A stretch of 64,000 nt of DNA. It comes from Rebecca billardiae RCC1528 (lineage: Eukaryota > Protista > Haptophyta). The translations under genes and the position numbers were made by a program. The stretch covers positions 496,001 to 560,000 of the forward strand of contig OZ251223.1 in the NCBI GenBank assembly GCA_965240325.2, given 5' to 3'. The notes under the pieces are model-generated. The model searched no databases and was not told the origin of the DNA. It saw only the letters and a list, made by a program, of their open reading frames with translations. This document shows, piece by piece, positions 34,936-47,851 of the stretch. Numbering within the stretch: position 1 is the stretch's first letter; each line of letters opens with the position of its first letter.

Positions 34936-35300
34936 GGTCGTAGTACGCGTCGCCGCGCGCCGGCCAAGCGCCAAGCGGCGCGCAGCTATATATATATGGC
35001 GATATATTAACGACGTGGTATGCAACAGGCAGGCGTCAGAGTCAGCAAGCTGTAGCAGCAGATCGAGCAGCAGAGACAAACACCAGGATCAGCGCTCCTC
35101 GCCGCGTCGTCCCCCCGCCCCCCCCCCCCCTCACGTGGCCCTCGTCCGGCGTCCGCGCCAGTCGCCCCCGGATCATCCGGGCTGACTCCGACCCGTTGCA
35201 CGGGTGAGTGACCGTAGGGCGGTGAAAATGCGACGTACCGGTGAAAATACGGTTTTGCAACTAGCGCTGGGCGATGGCTGCCGGGCGCGACGAGCCGAGC

Positions 35301-35341
35301 GGATTGGTGCACGGGGAATCCAATTCCCCGTGCACCAATCC
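35301..35341. repeat. Perfect 19-bp hairpin with 3-nt loop
   Basis: ggattggtgcacggggaat-cca-attccccgtgcaccaatcc. Confidence 0.9.
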
Positions 35342-36691
35342 AATCCGTTCGTCGCCAGGTGCTGCCGTTGCCGAGATCGAGCTGCAAAACCCTCAGCAGG
35401 TGGTCAAGAGAAGGAAACGGGGAGGGCTGTCGCAGCGCGCGCGCAGCGGTCGGAAGAGAGAAGGGCTTGCCTCCCAACTGCAGCTTTGGCAGCGTTCCCT
35501 CTTGCGGCAGTGGAAGCCGACGACGAGGAGGATGACGACGCAGCTGCTGATGACTGCTGTGAAGCAGCAGCGGTGACACTCTGCGGTGCACAGCTGCCAC
35601 CGCGCGCGCCGCGCGCGACTCGGACTCGGGTGATGGCAACAGCAGCACAGCAGTCCTCATGAAGACGATGAAGCTGCGTGCACGGGTGCACGAGGTGGCA
35701 GGCGAAAGCGCGCCGACGAGACAGCACTTGACACGCCTGAGCGCACGCCCATGCTCGCCGAGCGCGAGCGCTGCAAGTGCAACTACAGTGCGCGCCGCGC
35801 GGCAAGTGGATGCAGGCTGTACTCGGCGGCACTGCGTCCGCGGTCATCGTCTCTTCACTTGTCGAGGCTGCTGCTGCGGCGGGCCGGGGGCACTACCCGG
35901 CACGCGCGGCGTAGCGCGCTAGACGGAAGGTGATATGGTAGACGCACTGTCACGCTCCCGCCGCCGCCGCCGCCGCCTGCAAGACTGTATCGTCACTCTA
36001 GGCCGCCGAAGTGTCGTTTTTTCGGCGCTCACGCTTGCAACGGGTCCTCCGCATCGCCGAGCGGACTCGGCTCGACGCACCGTCTGGCGTCGACGCGCGC
36101 GCGCCACCGCGGTGGTCGCGCGGTGCCACGCGTCGTCAGCCGTCGTCTCGAAGTAGTCGTCGTATATATATATGTAGCGCCCCCGCGGGCGCCGTGCGGC
36201 GTAGTGCCCCGCCGGGCGCACGACTACGAGTGCCGGCACGTGTCACCGCGCGACGCAGAGTACCGCGCGCCGAGTGACAGCCTGGTCAGACCCGGACGGC
36301 GACGGGTGGCGGGGTGCCACCGGCCGTCCCTATGGCCTGCTCACTCGGAGTCAGTGAGTCGTCACTGAATGAAGTTGTCGTCCGTTCAGTCAACTGCCCA
36401 ATCGGCGGCGACGGTCCGCGGCGAACCGCGCCCGCCGCGGCGCTGCCTCAAGACTCAAGTCTCAACGGCCGCCTGGCGTGAGCCGTCAGCCGGCTGCCTC
36501 AGCACGCCGGCCGGGATCATCCGCGTGATCGAGTGCATCCGTGCCGCACCCGGCGCGTGCCCCCACGTGCACTGCGTGCGCGGAGCCGAGCCGGGCGACC
36601 CGGCGAAGCCCGCGGCCCGCCGCTTCTGTAGCCCCAGCGCGTCACGCGCGGCGCAGCTCCTCGTGCGCGCGCAGCCCGGAGCGCGGCGGCT

Positions 36692-37918
36692 TCAGAGGAA
36701 GTAATCTGGCGAGCGGCCCGACAGGTTGGGCACCTGACGAAACTTGGGCGGCGCCGCCTCAAACGTCTGGAACCGAGACTCGAACGACGACTCGAGCTCC
36801 AGGGCACTCGCCACGTTGCCGCAGCGGTAGCAGTAGTTGGGTGCCGACCAGACCGTCACGAGCCGCTCGTCGAACATCCACTTGTGGCCCTCCATGACCA
36901 GCTGGTGCGAGCGCGCGATCTTGCGCAGGTCGTTTGCGTGCAGGAACTGCTGCACGATGTCACCACCTGCGCAAACACGCCGCGCGGTGCGCCCGCGCAC
37001 AGAGCGGACGGGTCGTTCAGGCGGGATGGCGGCGGATGGCGGCGGATAGCGGCATGTGGCGGCCGATGGTAGCGCTGGGCCGGGGCGCCCACGCATGTCC
37101 GACGCCTCGGCGCGCGCGGGTGGAGGCGGAGCGCGCGCGCGCGGCGCGCACCGAAGACGTAGCCCGCCCCGCGCGCGGAGATCCCCCAGCCGTGGATGTC
37201 GTCCGGGTCGCTCCACATCAGGTCGCACATCGGCCCCTCGTGCGGCGGCTCCTGTACGCGCTGCAGCTCGCGGATCTGCTCGAGTGTGTCGAGCGTCGGC
37301 GACAGGCCGCCGTGCACGCAGAGGAACTGGTCACCGATCACGGCCGCGAGGCACAGGTAGTCGAACGTCTCGGTGCACAAGCGCCACACGTTCGTCGAGC
37401 CGTACTTGCGCAGGCACTCGTCATAGAAGCCGTACACCTGGGTGATCTGTCGGGACTCGTGGTTACCGCGGATGAGCGTGATGCGCGTCTTGTAGCGCAC
37501 CTTGAGCGCGAGGAGCAGGAGGAAGGTCTCGACCGAGTAGTACCCTGCTCGTGGCCGCAGCAGCGCGGCGCGCGTGCCCGGCGCAGCGCGTCAGCCCACC
37601 GGACAGGATGCGCGCCAGTCTGCGGCGGGTACCAAGGCGGCGGCGCGTACCGCGGTCGACAAAGTCCCCCATGAAGACGTAGTTCGTGTCTGGAACCTGG
37701 CCGCAGACGTTGAACAGCTCGATGAGGTCGTAAAACTGCCCATGGATGTCGCCCACGACCGTCACAGGCAGCGGCACGGGCTGCACATTGTCCTCATCGA
37801 TCATGATCGCGCGCGCCTGCTTGCACAGGTACTCGACGTCGCGCTCAGGGATGACCGTCCCCTCCTTGATGACGGCGCATGATTTGAGCTTATCGATGAT
37901 CGCATCCACATCGGTCAT
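36692..37918 (-). CDS. PPP4C: Ser/Thr protein phosphatase 4 catalytic subunit (PP2A-like family)
   Basis: [55 protein letters not shown]-terminal DYFL; introns 37545-37650 and 36967-37151. Confidence 0.9.
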
Positions 37919-38348
37919 CCCGCCCGTGTGCGCTGGAGACGCGCCCCTTCACTCGCTTCGCACGCCCACCCGACGAAGGCCCCAGAGGCCCAGCACACGC
38001 AGGACCTCCACACGTGCAGAGCTTTTGCCCCTCCCGCTCGCTCTCGGTCGTGAGTTGGGTGCTGCGCACCCGGGTACGTGCAACTCCGGTATTCACTCCT
38101 ATCAATGCCGCTTTACCCGCATATATACACTACCCCGACGTACCCGCTTGCTATGCATCCTTCGTATGAAAAGTTCAGCACACGTAACTGGCTAGTGGCT
38201 ACTTAGATCGCGGCGTGCAGTGCTTACGCCCCGCGTGTCGGCGGTGGTGTTCTTTGACGGTGGTCAGGAGCTCACGTCACGCCCGGCCCGCTCGACGCCA
38301 CGTCCAGGCAGCATTGAAGCGGCCATCTCGTCGGAGAGCGGTGCGGGG

Positions 38349-39368
38349 ATGCGGGCGGGGTTGTCATGGACCGACGTGCCCGAGGACTCCTTCGAGGAGC
38401 TCCCTGCCGCGGGCCCGCCGTACATGCCGATCGACGGCACTCCGGCCACCGCGGACGCGCCCGCGAGCGCGACGACCACGTCTGCGAGGCGCGACCGCGA
38501 CAGCCTCGACCTTGTCGTGTGCGAGCGATGCGAGCGAACAGTCCTGCGCGGCGCCTTCGATGATCATGCCCTCATCTGCGTGACACTGCCCACGGCCGAC
38601 GAGAGCCTGGCGGCGACGACTGCGGCAGCCTCCGCCGTGCCCACTGGCGGAAAGCGCAAGTCGCCGCCGAGCGGCGGAGGTGGCGCGGGCCGTGGCAAAG
38701 GGAGTGGCGTGGGCAAGGCGTCTGGCCTTGTCCTAGGCTCGAGCGCACTCGCGCCGGGCGGCTCCCCCGCCGGCGCACGAGCCAGTCCAGGCTCGATGAG
38801 CGATGGCCGCGGGCTTGCGGCCATGGCAGTCGGCGGCATGGCCGGCGGGCCGCAGGGAGCCAAGGCCGCGTCCAAGAAGAAGCGCGCGGGCTCACACCAC
38901 AAGGGCATCGGCATGCCGGGCGCCGACAAGGCAAGCAAGTCCGCGCGCGGGCGAGCTGGCGGCGCCGCGCTCGCCGAGGTGATCGCGCAGAACGCGGAGG
39001 AGCTGCGGGCGAGGGAGGACGAGGCGGTGACGGCGCAGTGGCGCACGACGCTCGCGCTCCTGCGCGCGCCGCCACGACGCCCGCCGATGCCGCTCGTGGA
39101 CCGCGACGCGTTGCACAGGCAACTGCGGCCCCGTGCTCGCGTCGTGCCGCTACCCGCCGACGCGCCCACCAACGCTGCCGCAGGCAGGCCGCCAGCCGGC
39201 GCCGGTGGCAGCTCAGCGGCCGCTCGCGCGCCCTCCACCGCGCCCCAGCAGGCGCAAGCGGTCCCGGCTCGGCTCGGGACGGCCGCGCCGCCCCGACGTG
39301 CCACGCCCGTGGGCGCTGCTGTTTGTGGGACGGCTGTCAACCCGAGCACGGCTCAGCATCGCGCCTGA
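38349..39368 (+). CDS. Sgf73/ataxin-7-like N-terminal zinc-finger protein (putative SAGA DUB-module subunit)
   Basis: LVVCERCERTVLRGAFDDHALIC resembles the ATXN7/Sgf73 N-terminal ZnF; basic NLS-like KKKR; no clear SCA7 domain. Confidence 0.5.
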   Translation: MRAGLSWTDVPEDSFEELPAAGPPYMPIDGTPATADAPASATTTSARRDRDSLDLVVCERCERTVLRGAFDDHALICVTLPTADESLAATTAAASAVPTGGKRKSPPSGGGGAGRGKGSGVGKASGLVLGSSALAPGGSPAGARASPGSMSDGRGLAAMAVGGMAGGPQGAKAASKKKRAGSHHKGIGMPGADKASKSARGRAGGAALAEVIAQNAEELRAREDEAVTAQWRTTLALLRAPPRRPPMPLVDRDALHRQLRPRARVVPLPADAPTNAAAGRPPAGAGGSSAAARAPSTAPQQAQAVPARLGTAAPPRRATPVGAAVCGTAVNPSTAQHRA

Positions 39369-41355
39369 CAGGCTCCCGCGCACTTAGCCCTGTCCGGAGC
39401 CATCCGCTGCCCGTCAGCCGCAGGCGGCACCGGTGGGCCCCGTTACCACGGGTCCGGGGCCGGGCAGTCATGTCTTGAGTACTACTAGTATCATTAGTAA
39501 CTATAAATTGCATGCATGCGCTGCTTGTTTATATATGACTCATGAAGTCATGAGTATCGTCGCATCGATCGACGGCGGCGTTATTCATCCGCTCGGCGAA
39601 TATGGTAACTGATTATTGATATTTACTGACTTTCCGTGAAGGCGTGAAGTACAGTGTGAGTGATACTCACTCGCGTCAGTCTCAGTGACGAGACGACTGT
39701 TAGCTTGTTAGTAGTGTTGACGCCGACGCTCGCGAAGCCTGGACAGCACTCCGAAGTCTCAGCAGTAGGGCTGCAGCAGGCGCAGCGCAGCACGGCCGCG
39801 CACTTGCCGACTTGGCTCACTTGGCTCATCCGCCAGCGCATCTGACAGCGCGTCTCGTCGGACTAATAATCCGACTCGTCGACGACACCGTGTATACTGC
39901 CTAGGCTGGCTCATAGACAACAACTTATTAGGCTTCAGACAGTCAGTGCGTCATGCGCGGCTCCGTCACCGAGTGCCGCGGTCATTGCTCACTGCGGTGC
40001 CGCCTGCGCGGGCGCCTCGGCCCGCCCGATCCGGGATGCGGCGCACCCGTGGCGTGCTCAGTGCTCTCTCTACTCCGCCACGGCCCCGGGGGGCGAGGCC
40101 GCCGTCATGGCTTGCGGCGCTCGGACTACTACGGACCGAAGCGCCGCCCCGCGCCCGTCCACCCCGTCGACATCGGCCGCATCACCTGCTGAGTGCTGGC
40201 CCCGGCGGACTTCGGCCGCAGGCGCGGCGCCGGCAGGCGCCGACCGCCTGAGCGCCCAGTGGAGTGCCCGAATGCCGCACGCATCAATGCTGCTCGCAGC
40301 ACGATTATTCTATTCATCGTTATTTCGCAGTCATCGCCAGTCCGCGACGTCTCAGTCGCGCTCAATCGCGGACGCTGACGCAGCGGCGCCTGGCGCTGAG
40401 CGCCTCCTCCTGGGCCGCCCGCCACGCATATTCAAATAATATGATGCGCACTGCGCACAAAAGGCTGCACCCTCGACGACGGGCCTCTCGATGGGTGCGC
40501 ACAGCATTTCTGCTCATCACGGCGACGAAGTGCACAGGTGCAGAGGCGCGTACGATGGCTCATCTTGCTCAAAATTCTGCCGTTTGCTGGGAGTGGCTGG
40601 TCGGCTGTCTCACCTCTGCCGCGCCGTGCGCCTGCCGCGCGCTCCCCAGCACATGTTGCATCATCAAGTGGATTGATCGCGGCCTCGTCAAAGTTATTTA
40701 AGCGCGCTTGTCCTCGATGAGGCGTACGTGAGGCACTGCACGCGCGCGCGCGCGGCTCTCTGTCAAGCCTGTGTGCGAGAAGCGCAGCTGCTGCGCGTTC
40801 GACTGGCGATGACCGAGGACTGACGATGCCGACCATGCGTGGCTATCATGAGCCTCACTGAAGGTGGGAGGGGGGCGCCCTGTCGCCGACCTCTTGATTC
40901 CAAGCTTCGTCACATGCACTCAGTCCAGATTGAGTGGACGGTCCCTGAGCTGCGTGCATGCCTATTCTTTGCAAGCTGCACAGCTTGGATGTGTCGCGGC
41001 CTCGCGGGTGTCGCGGCGAGACACCATCCACGTCGCCCTCACACTGTGACACTGAAGCAGTCTGCACATTCATCTTGCATGGACCAACGTGAATACTTTA
41101 GTATCGCTCGGGCGGAGACGCGCGGAATGGCGAGCGACGCATGCGCCAACAGCCTCTTTCTCTCCCCTAGTGGATGGATGCACCCAGGTGGCCAGGTCCA
41201 GCCGGTCCGCCATCTTTTCGAGCCGAGTGCTGCGCGAGGAGCGCTTTGCACCGTGCGGGTGGGGCTTGGTCCGGCTCAACTGCTCGCGCCTCCGGAACGG
41301 TGCCCAGCGCCCAGCGCCGTGGCAGCTTGTGTCGTGAAGGCACCCGAGCGCCGCG

Positions 41356-42220
41356 ATGTATGGCGACGGCGATATCGCGGGGATGGATGACGGGCTAGGC
41401 GACTCGTCGGCGTCTGCGCGGCTGAGTAGTGCCTTCGGCCGCAGGTTGCAGCACTACCTCGACAAAGCTGCTCCGCACACCACGGCGCGATGGATTGGGG
41501 CCGCCGTTGTGACGCTGCTCTACTGCATCCGTGTGTACCTGCTGAACGGCTGGTACATTGTGACGTACGGGCTGGGCATCTACCTGCTGAACCTGCTGAT
41601 TGCGTTCCTGTCTCCGCAGGTGAGAGCTCCGCCCCCGCTCGACCTGCCCGCCTCGACCTGCACCGCGCGCTCACGCGCGCACCCCGATTCGCGCGCTCTG
41701 CTCAGATCGACCCTGAGATGGAGGGTCCAACGCTGCCGTCGTCACGGGAGGACGAGTTCCGACCTTTCCAAAGGCGACTTCCGGAGTTCAAGTTCTGGTG
41801 CGCCGCTCGGCGCCGTGCGCGCACCTGCGGCTGCTTGTCCTCAACAGCCGCGCCGCGAACTCCACTGCGCCGCGCCACGGTGCGCGCAGGTATTCCTACG
41901 TCAAGGCCTTCCTGACAGCCATGTGCATGACGTTCTTCGAGCTCTTCAACATCCCGGTCTTCTGGCCGATCCTGCTGCTGTATTTCATCACGCTCTTCTG
42001 CCTCACGATGAAGCGCCAGATCAAGCACATGATCAAGTACAGGTGCGCTGCTGGCGAACCGCGCGCGCACTCCAGCTTGAGCAGGCGCTCATCACGTGCC
42101 CCCGCGACCTCTGCCGCCCTTCCAATGTGGGCTGCCGCGAGCAGGTACGTGCCCTTCTCGTTCGGCAAGGCGCGCTACAAGAGCAAAGAGGGGGAAGCTC
42201 CATCTGGACGAGACAAGTAA
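41356..42220 (+). CDS. RER1: Rer1 Golgi-to-ER retrieval receptor
   Basis: [72 protein letters not shown]; introns 41620-41705, 41798-41889, 42043-42144. Confidence 0.97.
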
Positions 42221-43008
42221 GCCGCACACGTCGATCATGGGCGAGCCTGCGACGCGGCTCGGAGCGGCTCGGAGCCGGAGGGTGCATGGTGCAGTTGCCC
42301 GCTTGGCAGGCGTTGCCGCTCGAGCGCCATGTCGGCTGCGGGCAGCGCGCGACGCCCTGCCCTCGCGGTGCTGGGTGGGACGGGGAAGTCCAGCCAGCGA
42401 GACACCGTGCCTGTAAGCAGACGTGGGTGCCAATTGCTTCTGTCCAGTGCCGCCTGCGGCACGACCGCACGAGTATCATTTCGCATTTGATCGCTCGGAC
42501 TCACTCACGGACTAACGAGCGGTGTCACTCCGACTCCTGACGAACGGCTGAACGACGGGCGACGGCAGACCGCCAGATGACGTGAGACGGACCCTGCCGG
42601 TTGTCCGTCGACGCTCGCCGGCCGGCCCGGGCGCTGGCCGATCCGCGCGAACGCGCTGGCAGCGGACGGCTGCTAACGGTCGCTGCGGCGGACCGCGGCC
42701 GCGCGGGCCGGGCACCGGTGCGGCTCGGTCGGACCTACTGATTACTCGGGTACGCGGACCGGTACGGTTCAGAATGATACTCGCGGACCGCGGGCGCGGT
42801 AGACGGCGGTACTGTTCCAGTGCGGCCAGTGCCGCTCGGCCGCCGGGAGCCTCACTCAGTCAGGGCGGTGCCCTCGGCGGATCGTAGGCGTAGCTCACTC
42901 CTGACTCTGACTCGGAGAGTCACACTCACTTAACTAGAGTGAGTGTCTAGACGGTGGCAGGCACTGTCGCGCGGGCAATCAGACTTGAGTCAGAGATCTC
43001 ACGGCGCT

Positions 43009-43925
43009 AGTCTCGGTTTCTTAGCCGTTATCCGGGTAGCCCGAGCGCCTACGGACTAACAGAGTCTCAGTTTCTTAGCTAGGCCCGCCCGCCGCGCAGG
43101 CGCGGGGGGCGCAGCGGGGCAGAGCCCCCCGCTGAGTCTTTAGGCCCGGCCGGCGAGGCCGAACGCCCGAAGAAAAGTTTTGGGCTATTTTGGAGCAAAT
43201 CTGGCATGATGTTGCATGGATGCGCCGCGGTGTCACACTGGCCAGGAGTCAGTCATCAGAGACAGAGAAGCCGGGACTTGGCCTGTACTCGTAGTCCGGC
43301 CGCCGGCGCCGCGTCCCACGGGTACTGCGCCTCGGCGGACCAGCCGGACCACGTCAGCCGCGACGACAGTATCTATAGTAGTTAGTCCCGCGGTTTCTTA
43401 GTGACTTAGTGTGACCATGCGTATATATATATACAGGCAATCGCGGCGGGCAATAAGAAGTCAGAGATCACACGCTTAAGAGTTAAGTCTCGGTTTCTTA
43501 GCCGTTCGGTAGCCCGAGCGCCTACGGAGGCTCCGTTTCTTAGCTAGGTCCGCCCGCCGCGCAGGCGCCGGGGGTGCAGGGGGGCAGAGCCCCCCGGCGC
43601 TGAGTCTTTACGGGCCCGGCCGGCGAGGCCGAACACATTTTGGGCCATTTTGGAGCAAATATGACATGATGTTGCATGGATGCTGCGGTGCACTGCCTGC
43701 ACTGGCCACTGGGAGTCAGCCATCAGCAGGAGAAGTCGGGACTTGGCTCACTTGGCCCGGTGTCCTCGTAGTCGGGCCGCGCGCCGCGTCCCACGGGCAC
43801 TGCGCCTCGGCGGACCACTCGTCAGCCGCGACGACGTAGTCCCGGTTTCTTACAGTACGTGATTGTATGCGTACATAGCGAAGTAGCGAACCAGCTAGCC
43901 AATCGCTAGTCTCAGTTTCTAGGCC
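43009..43925. repeat. Tandem ~477-bp diverged repeat with GC hairpins and iterated GTCTCGGTTTCTTAG submotif; possible non-autonomous element
   Basis: Units start at 43009 and 43486; both contain ggggcagagcccc and ttttggagcaaat...catgatgttgcatggatgc. Confidence 0.8.
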
Positions 43926-44706
43926 TGATCCGCAGATAGCAAGCCCCCGTAGTTAGCCTTAACGTTGACGATCAGACAGCTCCTTACAGCGTACATATAT
44001 AATTATTGCCCGCGATCAGCCTCGCGGCGGTAGGGCCGGTACATAGCTAGGCTGTAGCCAGACTAGAGTGTAGGTAGGTCTACTCGCTAGACAGAGTCTC
44101 GGAGTACGGGACCGACTCGCCGGACCGACGCGGGTACTTTTGGCGTGGTCCGACGCTGCCGCCAGTGCCGCCATCAGACCAGTCGGCCTGATCTAACAGA
44201 CACACTATAGATTCCGTCGGCGTCCGCGCCGAATAATTAATAATTAATAATTACAATAAATATCTGACTCCGATGCACAACTTGCCACGGACAATGGGCT
44301 GCGGATCACTACTGATTTCCGACAGACTCGGAGGGGCGCGCTTAACTTAATCGGCATCGATGAAACCGGCCGGCGACAGCACTGCTCAAATCTGAAGTGC
44401 GGCGCCGGCGCGCCGCGCGCGGGCAGATGCCCGAGGCCGAGACGGCGACGGTCAGAGAACTCGTCTCCGATTCTCGAAGTCGAACGGACTTCCCAGGACC
44501 GTCTCCCATGCCGCCGCTCGCGCCTGCGGCCCCGGAGACCCCGGATGCCTGGCCCTCACAGGCGCAGCAGTCGAACGACCGGGCCGCCTCCGCCAGACCG
44601 AGCCAACGCTGCGATCTCGTTCACGCTCATCAACCCGCACAGATAGACGGGGCCTGGCCCGCGCGTCTGCAGCGCGAGCCCCGCGCGCACCCCACTGCAC
44701 ACACGC

Positions 44707-45400
44707 TTAGTTCGTGATGGGGAACTCGAAGGCCACGTCCTTTCCTGTCAGCTGCTTGTACACAGTGCCGAAAGTTTCCAGCTTGTACTCGACGTTCGCG
44801 GCCTCCTTCGGGTTGAGGTAGCTGCGCACGCAGGCAGCGGGCCAGGGTGGCGGCGCGCGTGAGGGCGCGCCCGCTCGCTCTCGTGCACGCACCGGCACGG
44901 CGCGGGCCAGGCGCCGCGCGCGCGCGGTGCGCCGCGCACATTTTGAGCAGCTTCGTGCCATCCGTCTTATAGCGCATGTGCTTCCCCACAATCTCCGTCG
45001 GGTACACCAGATCCTCCAAGATCGCATCGTGCACCGCGGTGAGCGTGCGGCTGCGCGGCCGCTTCTGCGCGAGCATGCGCCCCGCCTTCGTCTCCTTGCG
45101 CTGGATACGGCGCTGCGCAATCAGCACAACGTGGCGGCCGGAGAACTTCTTCTCGAGCTCGCGCACAAGCCGCGACTGGATCTTGTGCGTCAGCTTGAGC
45201 AGGCGGAACGGCACGAAGATGACGACAGCCTTCCGGCCCTGCACGTCAACCTCCTTTGCGGCGACGATGAAGAGCTCGCGCAGCTCGGCCTTGAGGTCCG
45301 CGCTGTTCGCCTCAAGATCGCTCAGCGCCTGCGCCACCTCCAGCTCGAACGGGCTGGGCTCGGCGGCGCCCTTCTCCTTCTGGATCTTGCTTGCCGCCAT
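44707..45400 (-). CDS. RPS7: 40S ribosomal protein S7 (eS7)
   Basis: [64 protein letters not shown]; intron 44822-44939. Confidence 0.98.
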
Positions 45401-45620
45401 GTCACGCGCTCGCGGTGCCCTGACCTTGCCGCGTGGCAACAAGCAGCGTCGACTTGGTGAAAGTCCGGGAGCAGCCGGTCCGGAAGCGCTGTCCACGCCC
45501 GCACTGCAAGGTCGGCAGCTGGAGCCGGTGCCAACGCGCGGGCACGCTTCTCTTAACGGGCACGACCTCCATAGCCGCGAGCGCGCTGCCGAGCGTGCGC
45601 CGCGCCGTCGTCGAGTCACC
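45401..45620. promoter_or_regulatory. Putative bidirectional promoter between RPS7 and CCT2
   Basis: Only 220 bp separate the divergent start codons. Confidence 0.55.
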
Positions 45621-47851
45621 ATGATGATGGATGGGAATATGCCGGGCGGCGTGAACGTGCTCGAGCAGGGCGCCGGTCAGGCGCGGGGCGAGCACGCGCG
45701 CATGGTGCGGCCGCTTCGCCGCGCGCCACGTCCCAGGCTCTACGCACGCCGACAGCGGCGCTCGCGCGCACCCAACCGCCGCTGACGCACGCGTGCACGC
45801 GTGCGCACGCTCGCCCAACGCGCGGCGCAGTCGACAATCATCGGCGCACTCGCCATCTCCGACGTGGTCAAGTCGTCGCTCGGGCCGAAGGGCATGGTGC
45901 ACGCGCGCACCCGTCGGCGCCCGCACGCGGCTCGCCAGTTGGGGAGTCACGTGGGGCGCGTGTGGCCGGTCGCCGGTCGTGCGGCCCGAGCGCCGCGTGC
46001 GCGCGCGGTTCCGCCGCCTCGCACCCGCTCACGCCCGCTCCCGCGCCGCGCCGCGCAGGACAAGATCCTCCAGCCCGCGCCCGGGTCGCACAACCATCTC
46101 TCGGTAACCAACGACGGCGCGACGATTCTCAAGTCGATCCTCGTGGACAACCCGGCGGCGAAGGTGCTGATCGACATCTCGAAGACGCAGGACGACGAGG
46201 TCGGCGACGGCACCACCTCGGTCTGCGTGCTCGCCGGCGAGCTGCTGCGCCAGGCCGAGAAGCTGATGGAGCAGCAGCTGCACCCGCAGCTGATTGTGGC
46301 AGGCTACCGGCGCGCGGCCGACGCGGCGCGCAAGGCGCTGGAGGAGATGGCGTCGGACCACGGGGACGACAAGGCGGCGTTCCGGCACGACCTGCAGCGC
46401 ATCGCCGCGACGACGCTCTCGTCCAAGGTGCTCTCGCAGGACAAGGTGCACTTCTCCGAGATGGCCGTCGACGCGGTGCTCAAGCTGCAGGGCTCGAGCC
46501 ACGTCGAGCAGATCCAGATCATTAAAAAGGCGGGCGGCACGCTGCGCGACTCGTACCTCGACCGCGACGCGTTCCTGCTGGACAAGAAGATCGGCGGGCA
46601 GTGCCCGCACGTGGTGAAGAACGCGAAGATCCTGCTCGCCAACACGCCGATGGACACGGACAAGGTCAAGATCTACGGCACGAAGGTCAAGACCGACTCG
46701 ATGGCGAAGGTGGCGGACATCGAGGCGGCCGAGCGCGCCAAGATGAACGCCAAGGTGGACAAGATCCTCGCGCACGGGTGCAACGTCTTCATCAACCGGC
46801 AGCTGATCTACAACCTGCCCGAGCAGAAGCTCGCGGAGAACGGCGTGATGGTGATCGAGCACGCCGACTTCGAGGGCGTCGCGCAGCTCGCGCTCGTCAC
46901 CGGCGCCGACATCGTCTCGACGTTTGACACGCCGGAGGCGGTCAAGCTGGGCGAGTGCGAGAGCATTGAGGAGGTGATGATCGGCGAGGACAAGCTGATC
47001 CGCTTCGCGGGCGTGCCGAACGCGCAGGCGTGCTCGATCGTGCTGCGCGGCGCCAACCACCACATCCTCGACGAGGCGGAGCGCTCGCTCCACGACGCGC
47101 TGTGCGTCCTCTCGCAGACCGTGCGGGTACGAACGCGCGCGCGCGTCGGCACGGCGCGACTCGATGCCGCTGCGGATGCGGATGCAGCGCGCGGCGCGCG
47201 CGAGGCTCACGCCTCCCTCCTCCGCCGCCGCGTGCCCCTCGCGCGCCTCTCGCCCGCCCGCCCGCCCCCGCGCGCGCAGAACACCAAGGTGCTCCCGGGC
47301 GGCGGCGCGTGTGAGATGGAGATGGCTCAGGCCATCGACGACGCGGCCAAGGAGGTCCCGGGCAAGCAGGCGCTTGCGATGGAGGCGTTCGCGCGCGGGC
47401 TGCGCGCGCTGCCGGAGATCATCGCCACGAACGGCGGGCACGACGCGGCCGACCTCGTCGCCAAGCTGAAGGCGAAGCACCACACGGGCGGCCAGACGTT
47501 TGGGCTCGGTGCGGCGCGCGAAGCGCTCTGCGACTGCGCGCGCGTGGCGACTGCGCGCGCGCGGCGCGGCGCGCAGCGACGCCCCGCCCCGGGTGGGGGG
47601 CCACGGCTGCGGCAGCGCCGAGGTCCGATGGCGGAGTGGCGCGCGCTCACACGCCGGGCATCCCGCGGCGCGTGCGCGCGCGCGCGCGCGCAGACATGGA
47701 GAAGGGCGAAGTCGCCGACATGTACGAGCTCGGCATCATGGAGTCGTTCAAGGTGAAGCTGCACGTGCTCCTGTCCGCGGCGGAGGCGGCGGAGATGCTG
47801 CTGCGCGTCGACTCGGTTGTGCAGTGCGCGCCCAGGCAGCGCGAGGGCTGA
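45621..47851 (+). CDS. CCT2: T-complex protein 1 subunit beta
   Basis: [77 protein letters not shown]; introns 45705-45830, 45897-46058, 47127-47279, 47509-47693. Confidence 0.97.

Noticed and set aside
36692-37918. PP2A or PP6 assignment
   Set aside because: [21 protein letters not shown] and DYFL together fit PP4 best
43009-43925. Possible CRISPR array
   Set aside because: Repeats are degenerate and irregularly spaced, the intervening sequences are themselves duplicated, there are no cas genes, and the context is eukaryotic
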